6,235 nucleotides of DNA from assembly GCA_051294375.1 (NCBI GenBank), contig CM119264.1, positions 29,880,181-29,886,415 of the forward strand, given 5' to 3'. Source of the DNA: Paraspadella gotoi. Its lineage: Eukaryota; Animalia; Chaetognatha. How positions within the stretch are numbered: the stretch's first letter is position 1; every line of letters begins with the position of its first letter. The notes beneath the pieces are model-generated. The model was given only the letters and a program-made list of their open reading frames with translations. It had not been told where the DNA came from and made no database searches. Positions 1 to 6,235 of the stretch are shown piece by piece. The position numbers and the translations under genes are program-made.

Positions 1-480
1 AGAGAGTAGATCCTCCCAGCGTACGCCTCACTCTCCTCGCCACTCTCCACTGTTCTCGCTTCGAAATTTGCGAAGCCGCAGCTCACCGCGATGGGCGGCT
101 TCCCCGATTTCCGCTTCGGCTGCACGACGACGACGACGCCGCCGCCGCCGCGCGTCGACGTGCCGCCACAGGCAGCAAGTAGCATCCGCCAACGCGCGCT
201 CCGCCGTTCCGGCCGCCACGGCCGCCGAGCCGCCGCTCCGACTCTCAGCTCGACCTCCTCGAACTCTCCCAGCTGGAAGGCGATCGGCGTCGGGATAAAT
301 TCGCGTCCCGTCGTTTGACGAGCAAAGAGGATCGCTAAGGGACGACGGCCTCGACGACGACGACGACGAAACGACGACGACGACGAACGATGATCATTCC
401 GGCCCGGCGTCGGCGGAACGGAACCTACGCCCGGAAAGACCTCTCTCAATGAGGAAGAAGCAGAAAAGACCCGGAAGGAG
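1..480. other. GC/CpG-rich island-like segment
   Basis: CG dinucleotide density is very high compared with the AT-rich remainder of the window. It includes (CGA)n and (CGC)n tracts. Confidence 0.7.
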
Positions 481-500
481 GATTCGGTGGAAGCCGGCCA
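1..500 (-). CDS. Possible coding exon of an unidentified gene (open frame runs off the left edge of the window)
   Basis: The minus-strand frame with codons starting at positions 2 mod 3 is stop-free from ~500 to 1: ...FARQTTGREFIPTPIAFQLGEFEEVELRVG...MLLAACGG...KSGKPPIAVSCGFANFEARTVESGEESEAYAGRIYS. An in-frame ATG lies at 185-183. A hand count over 10-315 gives roughly GC3 77%, GC1 67%, GC2 60% in this frame. No domain is recognised. The + strand ORF 91..318 shares the same third-position register and is an alternative reading. Confidence 0.3.
352..393 (+). repeat. Interrupted (CGA)n microsatellite
   Basis: cgacgacgacgacgacgaaacgacgacgacgacgaacgatga. A shorter (CGA)/(CGC) tract lies at ~126-152. 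Confidence 0.85.
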
Positions 501-1017
501 TTAGGAAAGAGGAATGGTGGATTGGAAGAGGTGAGGAAGTGTGGGCAGGAAGTGTGGGTAGGAAGTTGGGAAGATGGAAGCCGCCATTCAGTGAGGAAGA
601 GGATGTGGTTGGGATAGAGGTGAGGAGTGTGGGCAGGAAGTGTGGGTAGGAAGGTGATGGCGAAGATGGAGCCCGGCGCATTAGGACGAGGATGTGGGTT
701 GGAAGAGGGTGAGAAAGCGTGTGGGCAGGAAGTGTGGGCAAGGAAGTGGTGGGAAGGCTGGAAGCCGGCCCATTAAGGAAGTAGGATGTGGTCTGGAAGG
801 GGTGAGGAAAGTGTGGGCAGGAAGTGTGGGAAGGTGGAAGCCGCCATTAGGAAGAGGAAATGGTTGGATAGAGTGAGAAAGTGAGGGCAGGAAGTGTGGG
901 CAGGCAGTGAGGGAAGGTGGGAAGCCGCGCATTAAGGAAGAGGATATGGCTGAAAGGGTGAAGAAAGTGTGGGTAGGAAGTGTGGGCAGGAAGTGTGGGA
1001 AGGTGGAAGCCGGCCAT
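486..1017 (+). repeat. G-rich minisatellite, 6 full units of 76-92 bp plus a partial 7th, with an internal 13-bp subrepeat
   Basis: Units begin with TGGAAGCC(G)GCCATT-like sequence at 488, 575, 667, 759, 835, 918 and 1004. Each continues AGGAAGAGGATGTGGTTGGAAGAGGTGAG followed by 2-3 copies of GGAAGTGTGGG(C/T)A. Confidence 0.93.
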
Positions 1018-1339
1018 CTAGCGCAAACGATGTGGAATTTCGGGTTTTAATTCTGTGCGAAGACGATTTTGAGTAAAAGTGAACTAATGTGACGTGAATC
1101 AAGTTGAGTTGTGAAGTTGAAGGGAAATGACTTTTTTTCTCGATGTGAAGGTCTCATTGGTTTCCACAAAATTGCGACCAAGAAATTCGCGATCGTTTTT
1201 CCTTTAACTTTGTTTTTGTTTGTTTGTTTAGTTTCTTCCTTTTATTTTTTAACTCAGGAATCACTCATTTTGAAATTTCCCTCCACGATCCTTTTTTTTT
1301 GGCTTAGAAATAATAAATCTGAGCCTCATTCGTAGTCGA

Positions 1340-1349
1340 NNNNNNNNNN
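1340..1349. other. Assembly gap (10 N)
   Basis: Run of N. Confidence 0.99.
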
Positions 1350-1570
1350 GATCGAAAGCACGAATTAAACTGTCGTTGTCACGCGATTTATTTCCAATCG
1401 GCGCCGCTACGATTAATTCCGGAAGTTCACGACGCCGGTTTTTGGCGTCAGCGACAGGAGCGGCGGCGGTGACAGCGGCAGCAGCGTCCGCGGCAACAGC
1501 AGCGTCGGCTGCGTTGGTAGAAAAATCCAAATCCGATTTTGCTTCTAGTTTCAGATCCGAGGCAAACGGA
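1350..1570. other. Second GC-rich patch with Ala-rich open frames on both strands (possible exon or 5' UTR)
   Basis: Degenerate GCN triplets at ~1443-1513 translate as ATGAAAVTAAAASAATAASAA (+) or AADAAVAADAAAAVTAAAPVADA (-). Neither frame has an ATG in this patch and no homology is recognised. Confidence 0.25.
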
Positions 1571-1836
1571 GTGAATGAATTATTTATAAAATTTCTTATT
1601 TTTATTTATTTATTTATTTTTATATATTACAGTTTCACGTTTGATTAAAAATTCGTTCGTGTTTCGTCATGCAAAGATTGCGACAACAACAACAACAAAA
1701 GAATTATTATTCTTTGTTTCTTTTTACTTTTTTTTTCTTTTATTTCGTGAATTAGTATTTTGAGTTCGTGAATATAATTGTTGAACAAACGAAGAAGAGA
1801 GAAAGAAAATTTAATTCTTCGGAATTTCGGGTTTTA

Positions 1837-1846
1837 NNNNNNNNNN
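1837..1846. other. Assembly gap (10 N)
   Basis: Run of N. Confidence 0.99.
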
Positions 1847-1945
1847 TTTAATATAATATATATTATAGTATATATTTTAAAAGAAATAAAGTCACGTGGC
1901 AATTACATATCTCTCATTGCGTGATTTAATACAATACTATGCTGT

Positions 1946-2132
1946 NNNNNNNNNNNNNNNNNNNNNNNNNNNNNNNNNNNNNNNNNNNNNNNNNNNNNNN
2001 NNNNNNNNNNNNNNNNNNNNNNNNNNNNNNNNNNNNNNNNNNNNNNNNNNNNNNNNNNNNNNNNNNNNNNNNNNNNNNNNNNNNNNNNNNNNNNNNNNNN
2101 NNNNNNNNNNNNNNNNNNNNNNNNNNNNNNNN
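1946..2132. other. Assembly gap (187 N)
   Basis: Run of N. Confidence 0.99.
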
Positions 2133-2231
2133 AATTTAAATTTAAAGTATAATTTTTACTTTGACATATAAACCTGGTTGCTTTAAGTTCATAGCGTGAA
2201 ATGAATTTTTAAAAAGTACTTATAATTTCTC

Positions 2232-2579
2232 NNNNNNNNNNNNNNNNNNNNNNNNNNNNNNNNNNNNNNNNNNNNNNNNNNNNNNNNNNNNNNNNNNNNN
2301 NNNNNNNNNNNNNNNNNNNNNNNNNNNNNNNNNNNNNNNNNNNNNNNNNNNNNNNNNNNNNNNNNNNNNNNNNNNNNNNNNNNNNNNNNNNNNNNNNNNN
2401 NNNNNNNNNNNNNNNNNNNNNNNNNNNNNNNNNNNNNNNNNNNNNNNNNNNNNNNNNNNNNNNNNNNNNNNNNNNNNNNNNNNNNNNNNNNNNNNNNNNN
2501 NNNNNNNNNNNNNNNNNNNNNNNNNNNNNNNNNNNNNNNNNNNNNNNNNNNNNNNNNNNNNNNNNNNNNNNNNNNNNNN
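2232..2579. other. Assembly gap (348 N)
   Basis: Run of N. Confidence 0.99.
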
Positions 2580-2690
2580 ACCATTTATCATCGGAACTCA
2601 ATACACGAGAACCAGAAGGAACGGGCAACCTTGAACAAAAAACCAGTACGAAGCTTTCGAAGGAACTCAAGTGCCAAGGGTTTACAATCT

Positions 2691-2705
2691 AAACAAACAA
2701 ACAAA

Positions 2706-2796
<91 letters not shown>

Positions 2797-2959
2797 AAAA
2801 ATCAATAAATAAATAAATAAATAAATCAATAAATAAATAAATAAATATAAAAAATTTAAAAATAAATAAATCAATAAATAAATAAATCAATAAATAAATC
2901 AATAAATAATAATAAATTATAAATAATAAATAATAAATAATAAATAAATAAATAAATAA
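2691..2959 (+). repeat. Compound (AAAC)n/(AAAT)n tetranucleotide microsatellite
   Basis: About 3 AAAC units are followed by a perfect (AAAT)n to ~2797, then AAAT units degenerating with AATC/AAT variants to 2959. Confidence 0.97.
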
Positions 2960-3229
2960 GCAAAGAGGCGAAGAACCTAGAACTGAGAAGCCTCGAACCA
3001 AAAAGCTAAAAAGTCGAGAATCCAAAACTCAAAAAGCCATGAAACAAAAAATTAGGATTTAAAAAAACCAAATTATTAAGAATCAAAGAGCCAAATAGCC
3101 AAAAAACCAAGAACTGAAAACAAGAAATTGTTCCAAGCTTTAAAATTGAATTATTTACCACCTGGAAAAAGCTTTGAGTTACGAAAACTTAACTTGCTCA
3201 ACTCTTCATGGCAACGAAGGTGAAAAAGC

Positions 3230-3233
<4 letters not shown>

Positions 3234-3274
<41 letters not shown>
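3234..3274 (+). repeat. (CT)20 microsatellite
   Basis: Perfect TC/CT dinucleotide run. Confidence 0.97.
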
Positions 3275-3277
<3 letters not shown>

Positions 3278-3440
3278 CTTCAACGCCCCGGTGATCTAAT
3301 CAAGAAGGAAGTCAGGTTTTGGAAACGAATTCACTGATTATTCGTCGTCGTCATAGTCGTTGTCAGCGTCGTCGTTCGGGTTGATTCCATCTCGTCTTTT
3401 GAGTGTCATTTTGGAAATTCTTTGTCTATTTGTCGGTCGT

Positions 3441-3481
3441 TCAGTCTGTCAGTCAGTCAGGCCTTCCGTCAGTCAGTCAGT
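3441..3481 (+). repeat. Short interrupted (TCAG)n repeat
   Basis: tcagtctgtcagtcagtcag-gccttccg-tcagtcagtcagt. Confidence 0.75.
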
Positions 3482-3594
3482 GGTTTTTGTAGACTTTATC
3501 CTTGTCTTTGTAATAAACATTGATAAATAATCATAGAAAAGATAATATAACCATATTCTTTTTTTTCGTTCTTTTCTCTCTACTTTCCTTCCTC

Positions 3595-3693
3595 TCTTAA
3601 TCTTCCTTAATCTTAATCTTTCTAAATCTTAATCTTAATCTTTCTTAATCTTAATCTTAATCTTAATTATTCTTAATCTTAATCTTTCTTATT
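3595..3693 (+). repeat. Imperfect (TCTTAA)n hexanucleotide repeat
   Basis: Repeated tcttaa units are interrupted by tctt. The array is embedded in a pyrimidine-rich tract spanning ~3555-3732. Confidence 0.9.
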
Positions 3694-4045
3694 CTCTTTT
3701 CCTCCTATTTTCCTCTTCCTCTTCCTCCTCCCATCGGAACCTGGCTTCGAGGTCACGTCTTCTCGCCACCTCCGGCACCTGCTATTTCAATCTTCGACAC
3801 CTGATCCCTCCAATCTCTGGCATCAAATAATTCCGTTCGTATTAACCCCGGCGTCGTTTATGACACCTGCGCCCGCAGTTCCGCCGCGCCGCACCAACGC
3901 CGAGCCCGAGTCTCTCATAAATAATAATAAATAAGAATTTATTTATTCTTAGTCGCGGGAGCCGTCAGCAGCAGGAGTCAGTTTGAATGTTCTACTTTTC
4001 ACATTTTTACCCGGTCACATTTTGAACAGTTCAAATACTAACATA

Positions 4046-4674
4046 CAGTCCTGTGCAAAAAAAGTGGACCCCCCAAAAACATTATGAAAATAAATCAAGT
4101 TAGATTCCTTTAAAATAAAAAATATTATAAATGAATAATATTTATAAAAATAATATATGGTAATGCATGACTATATATTATGAAGCAGTATTTTTTAAAA
4201 AATAACTATTAGGTTAAAACTACTAAGTACTTAAACAGAATATCAGAGCAAAAAAAATTAAGGTATTTGTATTTAAGATGCTGTAGCTCTGGAATGACTA
4301 GACCATTTTTTTCTTAAGTTATACATACGGATTCTTCTTTTAAAAGTCCTTATTTCCCATTCATAATTTTTTAAAAAACATAAATATTATGCCTATAAAT
4401 TAAGGTTAAAAAGTATCTTTGGTTTTTAGCAGATCTTGAAAAAAATTTTTTTAGTGACTAAAATAACAAATATTTTTGGCCATTTGGTTTTCAGGAGCTA
4501 TAGCTCTTGATTGCTTGGACCGATTTTCTTTTAACTTATATATATATATATATATACACATATAGATTTCCCATTTTAAAATCTATATTTATCATTCATA
4601 ATTTTTATAATATGTACATAAAAAAGATAGCAACTTAAGTTTGAAGAGTGTCCTCTTTTTTTTGCACAAGACTG
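4046..4674. mobile_element. Non-autonomous Tc1/mariner-superfamily DNA transposon (MITE), 629 bp
   Basis: The left end reads TA|CAGTCCTGTGCAAAAAAAGTGGAC (TA 4044-4045). The reverse complement of the right end reads TA|CAGTCTTGTGCAAAAAAAAGAGGAC (TA 4675-4676). This gives ~24-bp TIRs with 2 substitutions and 1 indel, CAGT termini and a TA target-site duplication, all typical of Tc1-like elements. The interior is AT-rich with no transposase ORF. Confidence 0.9.
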
Positions 4675-4704
4675 TATTTAACTTTTTTAACTTTAATTGT
4701 GTAA

Positions 4705-4908
4705 TTCGTTCAACTTTCCATAAGTTTAACTGTTCAAAAGCTTTGAAATTTAGCAGTTAAAATGTTCAACCGTTCAACTTTTTATCTTTTCAATTTTTCT
4801 ATTGTACCACCCTAAATCAATTGTGTAACTATTGAACTGTTCAGTGTTCACGTTTTTAATTGTTGAAAACTGTTCAGTGTTCAACTGTTCCACTGCTCCA
4901 TTGTTCAC
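4705..4908 (+). repeat. Degenerate 7-8-bp repeat region (AACTGTTC/AGTGTTC)
   Basis: AACTGTTC occurs at 4728, 4835, 4868 and 4883. AACTGTTCAGTGTTCA is exact at 4835-4850 and 4868-4883. Further GTTCAA copies are scattered through the region. Confidence 0.6.
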
Positions 4909-5033
4909 GCCATAGACTTCATAGCTGCTGCCATCTGCGATTGTAGACTCACGAACGCCCGCTGCGCATTTGTTGGTTGAAGTCTAGTTGAAACTTAAGG
5001 ATTGCTGCGAAACGTAATAACAAAGAAGCATTT

Positions 5034-5079
5034 GAAGAGAGAGGGAGAGAGGAGAGAGAGAGAGAGAAGAGAGAGAGAG

Positions 5080-5115
<36 letters not shown>

Positions 5116-5122
5116 AGAAGAG

Positions 5123-5154
<32 letters not shown>

Positions 5155-5213
5155 AGGGAGACCAGACAGAAGAGGGAGAGAGGATAGAGAAAGAGAGAGA
5201 GAGAGAGAAAGAG
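5034..5213 (+). repeat. Long imperfect (GA)n polypurine tract
   Basis: About 180 bp almost entirely G/A, with single-base interruptions. Confidence 0.97.
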
Positions 5214-5321
5214 CTCCACCACTCAACAAGGTGTCACTTTTTTCCCTTTTCGTCCTCAACTAAAAAAACATAACAAACTTTCTCCATCGATTCAACTCCA
5301 GTCGCTGTATTCCAGTACTCC

Positions 5322-5375
5322 ATCAAAGAGCCAGGTGCAACAGGTGCATTCCAGGTGCCTGCCTGACTGCACCTG
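5322..5375. promoter_or_regulatory. Candidate enhancer element: four CAGGTGC E-boxes next to a TCF/LEF-like site
   Basis: CAGGTG occurs at 5332, 5341 and 5352, and CACCTG at 5370; all four read CAGGTGC. ATCAAAG lies at 5322-5328. This is a motif match only. Confidence 0.35.
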
Positions 5376-5443
5376 GTCTTCGATTGGCTTAAAACTTAAA
5401 ACCGAAGTCGAAGACAAACGAGGATTTTATCTCCTCCCATTTT

Positions 5444-5447
<4 letters not shown>

Positions 5448-5494
<47 letters not shown>
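5448..5494 (+). repeat. (GA)23 microsatellite
   Basis: Perfect GA run. Confidence 0.97.
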
Positions 5495-5500
<6 letters not shown>

Positions 5501-6235
5501 TCATAAAAACCAGGGTGAAAATGCGGGGAAAAAAGCGGAATTTAGTTACTGAAATCGGAAAATTGGGAGCGAAAAGCGGAAAAGAACCAGAAACTCTAAA
5601 AACCAGATTTAATTGGCGGAAAAAGAAACTCATTTTAAAACCAAATGCGAATTTGGCTTCGTCTTTTCCTCACGATATCGACTTTTTCGGCATTCCGACT
5701 CTAAAATTACTATTATTATAAATATTTGTCAAATACTCTCTATTAATCCTTACTTTTCCAAGAGGTAAAATTGAGTCCAGATTCTCAAGAAGCCAATCTT
5801 TTAAAGAAATTACATTTTGATTTTTGGACATTTCGTACTTTCCCCGAGTTTTCACTCTTTGCCCCTAACTTAAAAGACATCCTGAGCTTCGTCTTGAATC
5901 CTTGTTGCCGCGTCAATGACAATGTTCCTCAAAACGATCACATGTTTCTCACAACGATGACATTTCACAATCGCAAATCTCATGAGTCTCACGACTCACA
6001 TTCACGTAACATCCACGCCACATCGACTTTTCCGTGATTTCGACTTTCGAGTCGTGAAACGCGTTCGTCATCATCAATCGAGCGGAGAATTCACGTACGT
6101 GAAGGCACGCGTACGGACGTGCGATCGTACTTTTAGGTTATTTTCAGATTTTATTGATTATACGATTTATATAAATTTTTATAATCATTTTTTTAAAGTT
6201 AAATCTTTGAAAATCGAGACGTTTTCTGTTCAAAG

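Noticed and set aside
394-932. ORFs 394..741, 449..649, 681..932 and 694..876
   Set aside because: They are translations of the minisatellite, and the frame is not preserved between units.
486-1017. CRISPR array
   Set aside because: The whole unit is repeated with no unique spacers, there are no cas genes, and the context is eukaryotic.
1111-1335. 74-aa ORF with a hydrophobic stretch
   Set aside because: It has a non-ATG start, and the hydrophobicity derives from T-rich low-complexity DNA.
1896-2670. ORFs containing long X runs
   Set aside because: Artefacts of N-gaps.
2588-3025. Hydrophobic FIYL-repeat 'membrane proteins'
   Set aside because: Translation of the (TTTA)n microsatellite.
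3216-3235. Hairpin GAAGGTG-aaaaag-CACCTTC as a terminator or Helitron 3' end
   Set aside because: The stem is only 7 bp, no CTRR end follows, and it runs directly into (CT)n.
3441-3481. TCAGT arthropod initiator motifs marking a promoter
   Set aside because: They are explained by a (TCAG)n microsatellite, and I found no correctly spaced TATA box.
3595-3693. (TCTTAA)n as an interstitial telomeric repeat
   Set aside because: The reverse complement TTAAGA lacks the G-run of TTAGG/TTAGGG-type telomeres.
3905-3959. Possible pre-miRNA hairpin around AATAAATAA-GAAT-TTATTTATT
   Set aside because: The stem is short AT low-complexity sequence, the outer pairing is poor, and I recognise no mature miRNA.
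4076-4606. Extended subterminal inverted repeat in the MITE (4076-4116 vs 4573-4606)
   Set aside because: It needs several gaps, is very AT-rich, and is asymmetric relative to the element ends, so it may be chance.
4984-5721. SL-, ER- and RE-repeat ORFs
   Set aside because: Translation of (GA)n tracts, with no coding signal in the flanks.
5670-6037. ORFs 5670..5855 and 5771..6037
   Set aside because: They are short, with no recognisable motif or codon bias.

Overview
This looks like non-coding-rich eukaryotic DNA from a draft assembly, probably an invertebrate animal. That is inferred from the microsatellites, frequent CpG, four N-gaps and the lack of any operon-like gene structure. I recognise no gene, RNA gene or CRISPR array, and most ORF-track entries are artefacts of repeats or N-runs. 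The best-supported features are a 629-bp non-autonomous Tc1/mariner-type MITE (4046-4674, with TIRs and a TA target duplication), a G-rich ~76-92-bp minisatellite (486-1017), and several microsatellites. The GC-rich 5' end contains a minus-strand frame that stays open off the window edge and may be an exon. Unique DNA between the repeats carries homotypic motif clusters (CAGGTG E-boxes at 3776-3869 and 5332-5375; ACGTG and palindromes at 6003-6122) that resemble cis-regulatory modules. I see no convincing evidence for a new biological system; the findings are candidates to test.
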